64,000 bases of DNA from Negaprion brevirostris (Eukaryota). The DNA is taken from assembly GCA_030324005.1 (NCBI GenBank), contig JARDVH010000059.1, positions 65,704,132 to 65,768,131 on the forward strand, given 5' to 3'. Made by a program: the position numbers and the translations under genes. A model generated the notes under the pieces. That model saw only the letters and a program-made list of their open reading frames with translations. It searched no databases and had not been told where the DNA came from. Below, piece by piece: positions 49,530 to 63,654 of this stretch. The number at the start of each line of letters is the position of its first letter. Within the stretch, counting starts at the first letter, position 1.

Positions 49530-51545
49530 AGCATACCCTTCACCCTGAAAGCCCTGGATGAACCTGTATCTAGTGTCACCATTGCAGATGCCAGAGCAGC
49601 TTTCTTGAAGGTCAACCCACAGAAAATGATTGGCCCAGATGGAGTACTCGGATGTGCACTCAGATCCTGCGCGAATCACCTAGCAGGGTTATTCACAGAC
49701 ATCTTCAACCTCTCTTACAACAATCTGAGGTCCCTACCTGCTTCAAGAAGACAACCATCATTCCCAGTACCTAAGAAAAACCAAATAGAGTGCCTTAATG
49801 ACTATTGGCCTGTGGCTCTGACGTCTATCATGAGGGCTTTGAAAGGTTAGTCATGGCACGAATCAATTCCAGCTTCCCAGACTACCTGGATCCACTACAG
49901 TTCGTCTATTGCCGCAACAGGTCCNNNNNNNNNNNNNNNNNNNNNNNNNNNNNNNNNNNNNNNNNNNNNNNNNNNNNNNNNNNNNNNNNNNNNNNNNNNN
50001 NNNNNNNNNNNNNNNNNNNNNNNNGGCTTTGAAAGGTTAGACATGGCACGAATCAATTCCAGCTTCCCAGACTACCTGGATCCACTACAGTTTGCCAACC
50101 GCCGCAATAGGTCAACAGCAAATGCCACTTCGCTGGCCCTGCACTCAACCCTGGAATTCAGAAGAATGAGGGGAGATCTTATAGAAGGGAATAGATAAGA
50201 TAGAACAGGGAAGTTGTTTCCACTGTTGGGTAAAACTAGAACTAGGGGGCATAGCCTCAAAATAAGGGAAAGCAGATTTAGGACTGAGTTGAGAGGAACT
50301 TGTTCACACAAGATTGTGGAATTCCCTGTCCAGTGAAGCAGTTGAGGCTACCTCATTGAATGTTTTTAAGGTGAGGATAGATACATTTTTGAACAGTAAA
50401 AGAATTAAGGTTACAGTGAGCGGGCAGGTAAGTGGAGCTGAGTGCACAAAAAGATCAGCCATGATCTTATTGAATGGCGGAGCAGGCTTGAGGGGCTGGA
50501 AGGCCTACTCCTGCTCCTGGTTCTTATTTCTTATGAACACCTAGATATCAAGAACACCTATGTCAATCTCCTATTCGATTTTCAATTTTCAAGTTTGCTG
50601 ATCACACCACCATAGTGGTTCAGATCTTAAACAAAGATGAGACAGAGTACAGGAATGAGATAGAGAATCTGGTGAACTGGTGCGGCAACAATAACCTCCC
50701 CCTCAATGTCAACAAAATGAAGGAGATTGTCATCAACTTCAGGAAGTGTGAAGGAGAACATGCCCCTGTCTACGTCAACGGGGCCAAAGTAGAAAGGATC
50801 AAGAGCTTCAAGTTTTCAGTGTCCTGGTGCCCTCATGCCGATACCATAGTTAAGGAAGTCCACCAACACCTCTACCTTCTCAGAAGACTGAGGAAATTTG
50901 GCATGTCAGCTACAACTCTCACCAACTTTTACAGGTGGACCATAGAAGGTATTCTTTCTGGTTGTATCACAGCTTGGTATGGGGTCCTGCTCTGGCCAAG
51001 ACCACAAGATACAACAAAAGGTCATGAATGNNNNNNNNNNNNNNNNNNNNNNNNNNNNNNNNNNNNNNNNNNNNNNNNNNNNNNNNNNNNNNNNNNNNNN
51101 NNNNNNNNNNNNNNNNNNNNNNNNNNNNNNCAAGGAACTACAAAAGGTCAGTGAATGTAGCCCAATCCATCTCGCAAACCAGCCTCCTATCCATTGACTC
51201 TGTCTATGCTTCCCGCTTCCTTGGCAAAACAGCCAGCATAATTAAGGACCCCATGCACCCCGGACATTCTTTCTTCCACCTTCTTCCTTCGGGAAAAAGA
51301 TACGAAAGTCTGAGGTCACATACCCACGGACTCAAGAACAGCTTCTTCCCTGCCGCTGTCAGACCTTTGAATGAACTTAACTTGCATTAAGTTGATCTTT
51401 CTGTACCCTAGCTATGACTAACACTACATTTTGCACTTTCTCGTTTCCTTCTCTATGAATGGTATGTTTTGTCTGTGTGGCATGCAAGAAGCAAAACTTT
51501 TCACTGTATGTTAATACATGTGACAATAAATCAAATCAAAAATCA
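49530..51545 (+). mobile_element. Rex1/Babar-clade non-LTR retrotransposon, degenerate
   Basis: GPDGV..FTDIFNLS; CLNDYWPVALTS; LYLLRRLRKFGMSATTLTNFYRWTIEGILSGCITAWYG; aataaatcaaatcaaaatca tail. Confidence 0.8.
50152..50537 (+). mobile_element. CR1 3' fragment nested in the Rex1/Babar element
   Basis: gaattcagaagaatgaggggagatcttatagaa...ttcttatttcttatg; close to the 44680-45085 copy. Confidence 0.85.
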
Positions 51546-54500
51546 AGTTACATTGTAATTGAATTTTCATGTTTTTAGTCAATTCTGATACAAGAAAACC
51601 TTGCATTTAGAATCAGTACTGGCAAATTTAACAACTCANNNNNNNNNNNNNNNNNNNNNNNNNNNNNNNNNNNNNNNNNNNNNNNNNNNNNNNNNNNNNN
51701 NNNNNNNNNNNNNNNNNNNNNNNNNNNNNNNNNNNNNNNNNNNNNNNNNNNNNNNNNNNNNNNNNNNNNNNNNNNNNNNNNNNNNNNNNNNNNNNAGTTG
51801 ACATTGCTTGGTATTTGTGAATATGACATTTTCTTTGAACCTGGGAATGCAAGTAACATATATAGATTAAAAACAGTATGAATCCCAGTACCAATTCCTG
51901 GAGCACCCGTTCAGCACTGCCTCTACTTTATATTTCTTCCAGTGTGTTTTGCTGTTTCTTATGCTTTAGCCCATTTGTCAGATTATATAAATTTCTACAG
52001 CTTCATCCTGAAGAGCCTTTCTTCTGTAACTTTCCTATTTTTCATAAGTAAAAGCCACTTTTTGGTGCTTTCTGCAGTAAATCTGTGATGGTCTTTCCTC
52101 AACTGTTGGGGAAGTTAGCCAGAAAGGATCTCCCCTTGAGTATATTGACTGATTTTACTAGACTATTATTGTATAGGTAATCCTTGAATTCCTTCTTTGG
52201 TTTGATTATTTTAATGTAAGATTAATGGGTTTGAAATTCTGCAGGCCTGTTGAAAATAGGAGCCTCTTTAGCCAGTTTCCAATTTACTGAATTTACCAAA
52301 ATGCATTGACTGCCTCGTTATAACTTCAAATCTCACCCTTTAATAAGGATAAATACAATCCATCCTTCATTTGGATTGAGCCTTTTTAATCTGTTCAGGA
52401 CTTAACATATGTTTTATTCATTTATCCTTGAAGCCTTGGTAAATTGTTATTAGATTCTTATTCCTGAGTGAATATATGGAGGAAATAATTACTTGGCTTG
52501 GACTTTGCAGTTAGTGGTGAAGCAAGAATGCTTGCTACTGACCTTTATTGGGAGGGTGTTGGCAGGCAGACTGGTTGAATGGCCTCTGGGTAATGAAGAC
52601 TACCTTACTAGTTAAGGGTTATTGTCCACTGGCGGTTATTCACTGTATAGAAACTCCTGTACCAAAGAAAGAGTGCAAAGATTTCTCTTTGGATGGTGCA
52701 CTCATCCAAATTCTGCTTGGACATATAGGCCAAGAATTTTCAAACCCTCTGTAGACAGATTGGGAGGTGGGAGGGTTGATAAAAGTGGAAAGCAATTAGC
52801 GAAGAGCTATATTTTTCCACTGTCATGGGAGAGGTGTAAACAGCCACAGCCGAGCTACCTACTGACCACAAATGGACAGCTGGTGAAAGTAGTTAATTAG
52901 CCTGTTAAAGGCAAAAGCTCCTCTGACAATATGAAAGCTATCCACAGCCATTGAGGGAAATCTGCACTAGTGGCAATCCAAACAACCTGAATAAGCTAAG
53001 TACTTTCAGCATTAGAATGTGATGAAGAGCCCACTCCTTCAGAAACCACCTTATATTCTAGTTGGTGTGGTGTGCACAGAGCATGCAAGAGCAGCCACAG
53101 TAACCTGATAGTAAAGTATGCAACAATTATATAAGTCAAAGGAAGCCTCTTTTTTTCCCTTCCCTAGCCAACAAGTTGTTGCTTCAGCTCACTGAAATAG
53201 TAATTGTGAATAGGAAATGTAAGCATTGGGTTCTTTAAGTGACACTATACTTCGGGCTAGGTACTTGGCACGTATGAAACAAGCTATTTTGTCTTTTAAA
53301 CAACCACTTAAACAATCCCAAACTGGGCATTACTTCTCAATTGAGAGAATCTCTTCCTCATTTATGATCATGACCTTATTTATGATGTGTGAATCTGCAT
53401 TGACACAGATAACCATTTACAGCACATTTGCCATGTTGTTTTGGGCCAAGAGTTGCCATGTATCTCTTCCAAATATCCCAGCAGCAATAAATGATCAGCA
53501 TCAAAATTTTATCCACCCAATGTAATAAGGGTGTGTAGCATAGCTAGGACTAATTTGGTACTGAGAAGCAGTACCACCCGCAATGTGATGTTAGGAGATG
53601 CACAACCTGAGATTAGGGAGAATTCTGAACTGGACAGAGACCTTGCAAACATGGATTTATCTCTGCTTGGGCTATATCCTGTATAAATGTACATAATTAT
53701 GTGTTGTCAGTAAATGTTCAACCATTCAAGATTTAGACCTCTTCCTAAGACCTAACAAACAAACAACATCCAACAAGAGGAGGAAAGACTATCCAGCCAG
53801 CCCAACCAATTATTTGTAATATAGTTGTTTTAACATTAAATCATGCCATGCAATAGTAACAAGTGAATCTGTTTACACATTTACCAACCAAAAAATACCC
53901 CTTTAAGATAGAGGTATATTAGTCCATAAGTAGTCTTACATTTTTAATGCATTTTTAAATCTGTTCTTTTGATTTATATTTTGCAAATCTTCAAAATAAA
54001 CCTCTGTAGAATCCTGTTGTCCAATTGTCATGCCTTGGAATTTTTGATAATTTCGTTAAAGGAAGATTACTGTTAACTTGTATAAATATTTTGCCACAAA
54101 TTAAATACATAATGTATATCTTGTAGGAATGAAGGATGCATTCAGCCAAAATGTGTGCACTGAAGGTGCATCTTGCAAATCAAATCACCTTGAGACATTT
54201 GGGGTTAATTGAATGCATTCCAATATACATTCATTCATAAAATTATTTTCTTTTCTGCATCATTATTCCAGGTAGGGAAAATCAGCCTTAACAACTCAAT
54301 CCCAGAACATGGAGCACTGGAGAATGTTAATGATGGAGCTTTTGGTCATCTGTCTGACTGAGAAAGGACAATGACAAGAAAGTTGGACACAAGGAATGAG
54401 AGTTCCTTGTTTGTTAAATGCGAAGTAGTTTCAGAGAAATTTCTCTTAGCACTATAGTTAGCCTGCTAACAGAGGTGGTGTGATGTGCTATCATTCACAC

Positions 54501-55168
54501 TGCTGTAAGAAATATTATGAAATAGATTAAAACTCACTGTAAACGTTCATGTGTAAAACAAATTAGCCTGATAATGCTCAAGTCTCTGTCTTTCAGCCTT
54601 TCTTCTAGGTCAAGAGAAGCATTGAGATTACAGTATCTCATACAGATCCTGAGTCATACTCATGTAACTAGATATTGAGAAGTAAAGATAATTGCTCAAT
54701 ATAGGCTAGGTGGAATGTACGAGAGAAACGAATGATGTTGAACATGAGTGAATATCTGGTGCAGACCCCAATTTGATATTGGACTAGTGATTTCTGATAT
54801 GGGATACCTTGCAGAGCATATCCATCAAGACTTATGGATATGTGCAGGCGGATCAGTAATGGCCTATTTTGTTTAGATTTCTAGGGCTATAGTTTGTGCA
54901 TTTATATTTAAGTTCATAAGTGTTAATGTTTAAAATTCAGATGAAAAGAGACAACCATCTTCTCGAAGGCAATTGGGTTGAGCAACAAATTTTGTCCTTG
55001 CTAACAATGCTCATATTCCATGAAATAATTAAGAAAAAGTTATACCACTTTAAATTTTAAGTTTTTTTTATAGATGAACATAATGCATTTACTATTTATG
55101 TACATTTATTTCAGCACTCTTGGGTCAGTATTTATAAATATTTGTTCTAAAATGTATTAATGTTACAG

Positions 55169-55299
55169 ATTCCAAACAATCTCTTGCTGTTTATCGCTTC
55201 ATTATTAGTATAAATCCAACTGACCTGACGGAATTGGATGCAAGGCTTGGTAACTGTGTCCTTCATCAGCCACTAAAAGCTGCCTATTTGTTTCAGTCT
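55169..55299 (+). CDS. MCMDC2: MCMDC2 coding exon 2
   Basis: tacAG|ATTCC...CAGTCT|GTgagt; 131 nt, (D)SKQSLAVYRFIISINPTDLTELDARLGNCVLHQPLKAAYLFQS. Confidence 0.94.
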
Positions 55300-55443
55300 G
55301 TGAGTAATAAAGAAAAATCCTGAATTAGGCAAATGACACTCATACTGTGATAATCATATTTTTAATTTGGTTCCTCAATTCCTATTGTGCGATTTAGGAT
55401 TTGCATTTTTGTACATATTTCATTTTGAATATGTGTTTTTCAG

Positions 55444-55503
55444 GTGTGCTTTACAGGTATCAAGACTTTGTTATTAATTCAACAATTAGAAACAGAAAAC
55501 CAG
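55444..55503 (+). CDS. MCMDC2: MCMDC2 coding exon 3
   Basis: ttcAG|GTGTGC...AACCAG|GTaaat; 60 nt, VCFTGIKTLLLIQQLETENQ. Confidence 0.93.
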
Positions 55504-56439
55504 GTAAATGGGTCTTAATCTCGTGTGGTGAACGGTTTTTAATCACAGGTTTCTTCAAGTGTGAGACACAGATAATATATTGTTTGAGTCATTACCATGT
55601 TTATTAATTCATACTCTACAAAGTTCTTTCTGCATTTCAAAATTTTAACTCTTCATGCTGAACAATTCTGTTAAATAAATACATCCAATTTTGTAAGTTT
55701 TCATCTCTGAAAACTGACAGTGAAACAAACATTCATATAATAAATCTGTGGATATTAGGAATTAACTTAACATTTATTATTACAGTGTAGTGAAAACACA
55801 GTTTTAAACAGAAGTAAATTCTTCAATTGTGCTTGCCCTTTGATTCTTTTTTTCCCCATTCACATCCCTTTCCCATTGTCTTTACCCTCTTGTTAATTTT
55901 TCTTCTTCTTAAGTTTAATTGAACTTCTTTCTACATAATTGATTTGTTCTGCTATCTATTTAAGTAGCAAATTAGCATTAAATGTTTGACTTATTTTTCT
56001 GTTTTTTTCTCGGGCATGCACCCTTGGAGGAAAGCTGGAGTTCCTACATTTTAAAAACATTTAAGGCAGCTCCATCAATGGTGGGACTCCTTGAGCATTT
56101 CTTAATAGGTTTCATGACACTAGGGTATAATCCAACAGGTTTGTTTGAAATTGGTTCAAAAAATAGCTTCACGTTAGTTTATCATGGCACCAAATGTTAA
56201 TTTTGGCACTACAGTAGAATTATATTTTAGCCCATTAAAGTATGAATGTTGACAGAACAGCATAGTGAGGAGAAAAGGCCATTTAGCTTATTCACCTTTA
56301 GCAATGATTTAATTTTTTCTGATTTTCTCAGACCTGATTGTCATTCCTTCTTAGTTTCATGTATTTATACAACTTATCACATACCTTTGTGCACCAAAGC
56401 TCTTCATATGCTACATTACTTTAAATATAGGATTATTAT

Positions 56440-56722
56440 TATTTAGGCAAACTACTGCCCATTTGCACACCGCATAATCCCACAAACAGTAGAACTCCTC
56501 ACTCTTATAAATAGTGACAAGGGACCTTGAAAATCCTTGTGAACTACAGGAGAAAGCAGCTCTTGTCTGATTTAAGATTTCAGTTGAAGGTAGGCACCTT
56601 CAACATTGGAGTACTCCTTCAATATCATGCTGAAGTGTCATGTGCATTATGTACTCAAATTCTTGAATGCCCTCCTTACCTTTTGGCTAAGAGATAAGAC
56701 TAACTGAATCATACTGACACCA
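56440..56722 (-). mobile_element. DeuSINE/SacSINE1-like fragment
   Basis: gaaggtaggcaccttcaacattggagtactccttcaat...gtgtca...tatgtactcaa resembles the reverse complement of the Deu domain and tRNA head; related pieces at ~42500-42730 and ~18520-18600. Confidence 0.45.
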
Positions 56723-56801
56723 GCTGAAATCTATTTTCAGGAATAAAGCCAAATTCTTAAAAGCAATCCTTCCACTGACAACATCATTTTGTATCTTCAA
56801 G

Positions 56802-56997
56802 GTTAATGTTGTGCTAAAGCTGACACACTTGCCTCCACTACCGAATTACTCACTTAACTTTTGCCAGTTCCCCCGTGGGTACGAGCTGCTGAGATACTAT
56901 ATGATAGAAGGGGTGGTAATTGCAATGACAACCATAACAAAATACACTCAAGCTGCAAGATTCGTTTGTTCAGAGTCAAGCTGCCCTTTTTCAACAG
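56802..56997 (+). CDS. MCMDC2: MCMDC2 coding exon 4
   Basis: tcaAG|GTTAAT...TCAACAG|GTaaaa; 196 nt, VNVVLKLTHLPPLPNYSLNFCQFP...GVVIAMTTITKYTQAARFVCSESSCPFST; first CxxxxC of the MCM zinc finger. Confidence 0.94.
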
Positions 56998-57289
56998 GTA
57001 AAAAAAACTGGAAAATTATTTTAAGGCAAGCTTATGTTTTGAATGTGTTAATATAATTTCATACAGTTTGTAATGTAGTTTAATTTGTCGTTTTGAAATG
57101 TGAATCTGGGAATGTAATTATTTACAATTAATAATAACTTCTGGAAGCAAGTAACAGCGTTATTTTTCAAAGTGTTTTATTCCTTTGTAAGTATTTCTAC
57201 CCTTCCTCAATTTTAAGGTTTATTTTTCTTCCACAATAAGTCTTTGAAAACTAGAAGGGAACAGTTCAATTGCTTATTACCTTTAGTCA

Positions 57290-58060
57290 TAACTTTCATT
57301 AGTCAACCTCAAAAAAAAAAGACTTCTTTACAAACAGCAGTCCCATCTTCAACCTCAATTTCTTCTTCAATGTCCTTGAATGTATTGTCATCTTCCAAAT
57401 CCTTTCCCATCTTTCCCAGAAAATCATATAACAATCTCTCCAATCAGATGACCCCAAATCACCTTGCCACATTGTGGAAGCCTCTCTGATCAAAGTCTCA
57501 AATGACAACCTATATGATTGTAACAACAGCAATCTTTCTCTCCTCGTCCTTCTCGAACTGTCTGCAGCCTTTAACACAGTTGTTCGCACCATTCTCCTCC
57601 AAGGCCTCTCCATTGTTCTGCTACCATCCAGTTAGGTGAAACTGCACTTACCTGGTTCCATTCTTGCCTATCTAACTGTAGCCAGAGAATCATTTACAAT
57701 GGCTTCTCTTTCTGCTCCTGTTACTTCTAATGTCTCCCAAGGATCTTTCATTGGTCCCCTCCAATCTACATGCCATTCCTTAATGACATCATCTGAAAGC
57801 ATGTTTTTGATTTGATTGATCTGCTTGGCAACTATCTGAAATTAACCAATCTGTTCGCAACCTTGGTGTCATGTTTTATCCTGAGGTGACCTGCTGACCT
57901 CGTGTTTATGCCATCACTAAGACTGTATACTTGCATCTCCATAACATTGCTCAGTTTCACCTAAGCTCATCTGCTGCTGAACCCCTCGTCCGCTCCTTTG
58001 TTACTTTTGAATTTGACTTTTTCAGTGCACCCCTGGCTAATCTCCCACTTAAAACTCAAG
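57290..58060 (+). mobile_element. L2-clade LINE RT fragment
   Basis: LLVLLELSAAFNTV; cttacctggttccattcttgcctatct; gttcgcaaccttggtgtc. Confidence 0.75.
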
Positions 58061-58393
58061 ACTGCTAGTGTTGCAAAAGCTTAGGTAAATGTGATAGACA
58101 GTATTAAATGCTCCTACCACCAACTGATCCATTCAAAGCTCTGCAGTACTACCACATCCAGTCAAAAATACTGATGGACAAGTAAACAACTCACTGGAGG
58201 AGGAGGAGGCTGCACAAATGTCTTCATCCTCAAAGATGGGAGAGCCCAGTACTCAGTACAAATGGTGAGGCTGAAGCATTTGCAACAGTTTTCAGCAAAT
58301 GCCAAGCGGATGATCCATGTCAACTTCCTCTGTAGGTCCCCAACATGGTAGATGTTAACTTTGTCAGTTCGATTCACTGCAGGTGATATCAAA

Positions 58394-59800
58394 TGTTAAG
58401 AATCCCACTGATGTTAGGTGCGAGGGTATCCCAAACTCAGAAGGGTAACTTGCAACACCAGTTCTTAAGAGTGTATTTCATCAATTTGGTACAATGTGAG
58501 GAACGATTTGCAAACCTTTGACAAATTTACAGAGCCTTGTAACCATTCAAATAAAATGTTTATTGACATGTAAAACACACAAGAAAGACCACAATTCAAA
58601 ACAGCGGTGCACCTAACTACAGTAATGGCTACTCACATGCACACTATTCTGGACTCCCATACAGTTTAACTCTATGAGCGAATTCCAGTAAATACAAAGA
58701 ACAAAGAACAACCCAGCACAGGAAACAGGCCCTTCGGCCCAATGAGCCCACGCCACCGCATCTTCCTACACCTACCCTGCCCTGTGTGTATGTGAATGGA
58801 ACCCCTAATGTAGCCAGATTCAGGGGANNNNNNNNNNNNNNNNNNNNNNNNNNNNNNNNNNNNNNNNNNNNNNNNNNNNNNNNNNNNNNNNNNNNNNNNN
58901 NNNNNNNNNNNNNNNNNNNNNNNNNNNACTACACGACACCGAACCCCTCTCCTTCGTGAATACCGACGCAAAGTATTCATTCAGGATCTCCCCCATTCCC
59001 TCAGACTCGATACATAGCTCCCCTCCTTTGTCCCTAAGAGGACCAATTTTCCCTCTAACCACTCTCTTGCACCTAATATAAGAGTAAAATGCTTTCGGAT
59101 TTTCCTTAATTCTATCAGCCAAAGCCATTCCATGCCCTCTTTTTGCCCTTCTATCTCCGCTTTTTAGCTCCCTCCTACTCTTTCTATATTCCTCCAGCGC
59201 ACTCTCTGTTCCCAGTTGTTTCGACCTAACATATACCCCCCTCTTCTTCCTAACCAAGTCTTCGATACCCCCTGTTGCCACTGATGGGGTATCTAAGTTT
59301 AGGAGGTCTTTCTTTCGGTTCAGTGTGGTTTCTCTCTGAAGTTTTCAAATTAGCAGCTTTTAGCCTAGAATTCTGCTTTCTGGTAGAGTTTCTCTTTCCA
59401 GTTAGCTATGGCTAAGGTCATAACTGTTTTCCAGCTGCTTTTTTTCTTTAGCTCCACCTCCTGCTCCTGTTAGTACAGAATTTACCTGGTCACTGATATA
59501 TTTCCCTTTTGATCTCCTTCTATCTAAATGACTCACCTTAGAATCCAGGTTTATAGCGTGTACATTTGAACTGTATTCTTATGTCGCCACTTTGACCTAA
59601 TTTCTACTGCAGTTTTAATATCTGATATTTTATACTCTGTTGTTCTGCACTTCACTTACGTAAATATGTTTACCCTGCTTCTAAGTTATTTTGCACATCA
59701 AACCCCTTCAGACATCTGCACTCTTATCAATTCTGCTTTCATCCCATTCTTCAAACTTTATTTTATCAAATTCTTTAAACTTTATTCAAATTTCTTGACA
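58394..59800. mobile_element. Solo LTR-like element (TG...CA)
   Basis: Termini TGTTAAGAA...TTCTTGACA (8/9 inverted match); flanks TCAAA/TCAAG form a near 5-bp TSD. Confidence 0.5.
58690..59281 (-). mobile_element. Young CR1 LINE (middle lost in gap) nested in the solo LTR
   Basis: Uninterrupted ORF2 peptide LADRIKENPKAFYSYIRCKRV..LNEYFASVFTKE, CpGs retained, 3' tail at 58695-58750. Confidence 0.85.
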
Positions 59801-60594
59801 TCAAGAAATGCTGAAAGCATTGGACACTGCAAAGGCTATGACAATATTCCAGCAATTGTACAGAAGACTCATGCTCCAGGACTTGCCACACCCCTAGCCA
59901 AGCTGCTCTACTAGAGCTACACCATTGGCATCTACCTGTCAATATGGACAATTGTCGAGGTAGGTCCTGTACACAAAAACAAATACAACCCGGCCAATTA
60001 CCATCTCATCAGGCTACTCTTGATCCTCATGATAGTGATGGAAATGGTTATCAGTAGTGATATCAAGCGGCACATATAACAATGACCTGCTCACTGACAC
60101 TCAGTTTGGGTTCCACTAGAATCACTCGGCTCCTGATCTTGTTACTGTCTTGGTTCAAACATGGACAAAAGAGTTGAAGTGAGACTGACTGCTGTGATGC
60201 CAAGGCAGCATTTAACTGAGTATGGTATTAAGGGGGCCTGGCAAAACTAGAATGGAAATCGATGGGGGAGAGCACATAGGCAGATGGTTGTGGTCATTGG
60301 AAATCAAAATCTCAGTCCCAGGACATCACTACAGGAGTTCCTGAGGTAGTGTCCTAGGCCCAGCCAAATTTCACTGCTTCATCAATGACCTTACTTCCAT
60401 CATAAGGTCAAAAGTGGGGATGGCCGCTGATGACTGCATAATGTTCAGTATCATTTGCGGGGACTCCGATACTGAAGCAGTACATGTCCAAATGCAGCAC
60501 GATCTGGACAATATCCTGGCTGACAAGTGACGAGTAATATACATGTTGCACAAGTATTTCCTCCACCCTGATGTTTACACTTTTTTTCTCATTC

Positions 60595-61860
60595 ATGGAA
60601 ACTAGAAGCAGGCGTAGGCTATTTGACCCTTCAAGCCTGCTCTGCCATTCATTTTGATCATGGCTGATCATTGAATTCAATATCCTGATTCTCACCTTCT
60701 CATCCCTTAATATCTCTTGATATTTTTAGCCCCAAGAGCTATTTCTAATTTCTTCGTGAATTCAGAATTTTCCCGTTTCTAACTAAGGGGCCTGCATTCG
60801 TTTTTGTCAAACCTTTTCTCTTTGCACATAGAAACTTTCCTATAGAAACTTTTAAGATCAGTTTTTAATGTTCCCTGCTAGCTTACTTTCATACTTTATT
60901 TTTCTCCTCACCTTGGTTCTAAAAGGTTTATCCCTTATTCACAAACTATGAAGCCTAGTTCTGGACTCTCCCACCATTCTTTCTGAATCTACCCTGTCCA
61001 AATCTAAGAATTTTATAAGTTGCAATGAGATCCTCCCTCACTCTTCTAACCTCCGGTGAATATAATCCTAACTGACTTAGTCTCTCCTCATATGACAGAC
61101 CTGCCATCTCAGAAATCAGCCTGGTAAACCTTTGCTGTAATCCCTCTATAGCAAGGACGTTCTTCCTGGTGTGATCTCACCAATGTCCTATACAATTGCA
61201 GTAAAACATCCCTATGCCTATACTCAAATCCTCTTGTAATGAAGTCCAACACACTATTTGCCTTCTTTACTGCCTGCTGTACTTGGGCACATACTTTCAG
61301 CAACTGGTGCACGAGGACTCCAAGGCCTCATTGAGTACCCATCTCTCTCAATTTACACTCATTTAAGTAATAATCTGTCTTCCTATTATTGCTACCAAAA
61401 TTGATAACCCCACATTTATCCGCGTTATACTGAATCTGCGATGCACATGCCTACACACTCAGCCTGTCCAAATCAAGCTGAAGCGTCTCTGTATCAGTCT
61501 AGCTGAGAGAAAGATTTTCTCTCAGCTAGATTGCCAACTAATCCTTTCTCATTGCACAACACCCAGTCCAAGATGACCTGCTCACTTGTTGGTTCCTTAA
61601 CATATTGCTGAAAAAAACCATCCTGTATATACTCCAGAAATTCCTCCTCTATTGTACTGTGACTGATTTGACTCTCCCAATCTATATGCAGATTAACGTC
61701 ACCCATAATCACAGACGTACCTTTAACACATGCATCTCTGATTTCCTGCCTAATGCTTTTCCCAATATTATCACTACGCTTTAGTGGTCTGCAAACCACC
61801 CCCACCAATTTTTTTTTGCTCCTTGTTTCTTACTTCGACCCATACAGATTCCACATCACT
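60595..61860 (-). mobile_element. CR1 LINE fragments (3' end, RT and endonuclease pieces)
   Basis: VIMGDVNLHIDW..FQQYVKEPT..ILDWVLCN; VKKANSVLDFITRGFEY. Confidence 0.85.
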
Positions 61861-62555
61861 ATACTAATATCTTTCCTCAATTTGTGGGCTGTTGGCGTCG
61901 CTGGCTGACCATTTATTGCCCATCCTTAGTTGTCCTTTTCCATTGTGAAGATCGCTGCCAGTATTCATTGAGCCCTGCACCCATGACTTTTAAGTTAAGA
62001 AATACAATACCTATCTGATCCCTAATTGGCCCTAGTCTTTCCCTACTTATTCTCACTTTCATTCTTAAAGACATTTCTTAAAGCCTGCATCTTTGACCCA
62101 AGCTATTGGTCGCCTGACCTAATATATCCTTATGTAAATCAGTCTGTTTTATAATGCCGATATGAAGTGGATGTTTCATTATGTTAAAGATGCTACATAA
62201 ATGTAACTTGTTCTTGTATAGTACCCGATAGGATATTATTTTAAAGTATTGTTGTTTGAGTACACCAGTGCGCCACATACAGAAAATTTGCAAAATAACT
62301 GATTAATTTATTTCACTGGTATTGGTTCATGGATAAAAGTTAGTCAGAACCTTCTGTCTCTGATGCAAGTGTTTCCACTGAGAACAGCTAACATTTGGTT
62401 CTATGTGAATGTAGCCAGCCCACTGAGGTCAAAATGTTGAGAAATTTTGGGTCCACACTCTATGACTTTGTCTTCAAGCATAGTGAATTAGCACAATGCT
62501 CTAGTTCCCACCAGACTTTGTAAGAGATTTAACTATTATCTTTAAAATGCACTAG

Positions 62556-62678
62556 GTTTTCACTATATTCGGGTGCATACTGTAGGTGCTACAGAATCAG
62601 CAACAGTGCGAAATGATTTCACGTGCATGTTGTGTAACTCTGCACTCAAGGAAGATGTGAAGTTCAGAGTATTAGGTG
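62556..62678 (+). CDS. MCMDC2: MCMDC2 coding exon 5 (gene continues beyond window)
   Basis: actAG|GTTTT...TTAGGTG|GTatgt; 123 nt, (G)FHYIRVHTVGATESATVRNDFTCMLCNSALKEDVKFRVLG; second CxxC of the zinc finger. Confidence 0.94.
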
Positions 62679-63654
62679 GTATGTGTACAATTTCTTACTT
62701 TCTTAGCTTTTGAATTCCTTATTGTAACTATGCATGAAATAATGATGCTTGGCAGATAATACTGAGACAATTCTAAAACAACTTTTGTAAGTATGTAACT
62801 AGATAGCTTAGGATTGCAAATCGAAACCTGCAATAAATGAATTGCTTCTATTGCATGTTGGAAATTCAAATAATAGAGATTTGTTGCAAAATATTAATTA
62901 ATTGTTTGTGTGCTTTGTTTAAGTAGAATTATAAAGTGGTTACAGCACAGAAGGAGCCCGTTTTGGTCCGTTGTGTCTTTTCTGGCTCTATGCAGAGAAA
63001 TATTATCAGTAATTTGTGCATCGCTTTAAAATTATTTGTGTATGTCTTGTAAGGATGTCAAATGGTGAAAATGTAAAATATATTCCCCTGATGGCATAAG
63101 TGGTTAACTGTATGATTGGTTGAACCATGCAAGCCGGTATAGACCCACATTTGTTCCAGCTTTGCTGAGTTATCTTATTTTACACTGGAAGTCAGCATTG
63201 ATGCTACAATTAACTTAAACGGCCTACAGATTACAGGGCAGAAAGTAGGCCAGGATTCTTACTCCATACTGGTAATCAAAAACTGTGTGGAAAGAGGGTA
63301 CAAGAGTCTGTCAGGTACCAACCACTTACCGCTGTGATCATATAACCTCCATGTCATAGTATCAGATAATCTGGAACTGTTGAAGTAGTCCCTGGTGGTG
63401 ATAATGGACACCAAGGATTTTAAAGTCAGAAAAGAGGGCAGGAACACGAGTGGAGGGGAAGAGAGACTTCAGGACAATGGCGGGAGGGGAGACATTGGAG
63501 AAAATGTCATGGTCACATGCAGGCTACAAAACAGGACGTTTGTGACAAACGGAAGTTATAGTGTACTTCGCAACATTTAAATGACTATATTGTTCCCAAT
63601 TTTATTAATGTTAAAATGGAACTGCTAACTGAGTCAACATTAAGCAGGGACTTA

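Larger units (their letters stand above)
58070..60550 (+). mobile_element. CR1/L2-group LINE fragment interrupted by a solo LTR-like element
   Basis: LINE sequence breaks at gatatcaaa (58393) and resumes at tcaagaaatg (59801) with KGYDNIPAIVQKTHAPGLATPLAKL. Confidence 0.65.

Noticed and set aside
49835-50112. ~90-bp direct repeat around a gap (similar case at ~51000-51160)
   Set aside because: Duplicated sequence on both sides of a 100-N gap is a typical scaffolding overlap artefact
56679-56692. CCTTTTGGCTAAGA, a 14-nt match to U2 snRNA
   Set aside because: It lies within the decayed reverse-complement head of a DeuSINE-like element and has none of the U2-repeat body; likely chance
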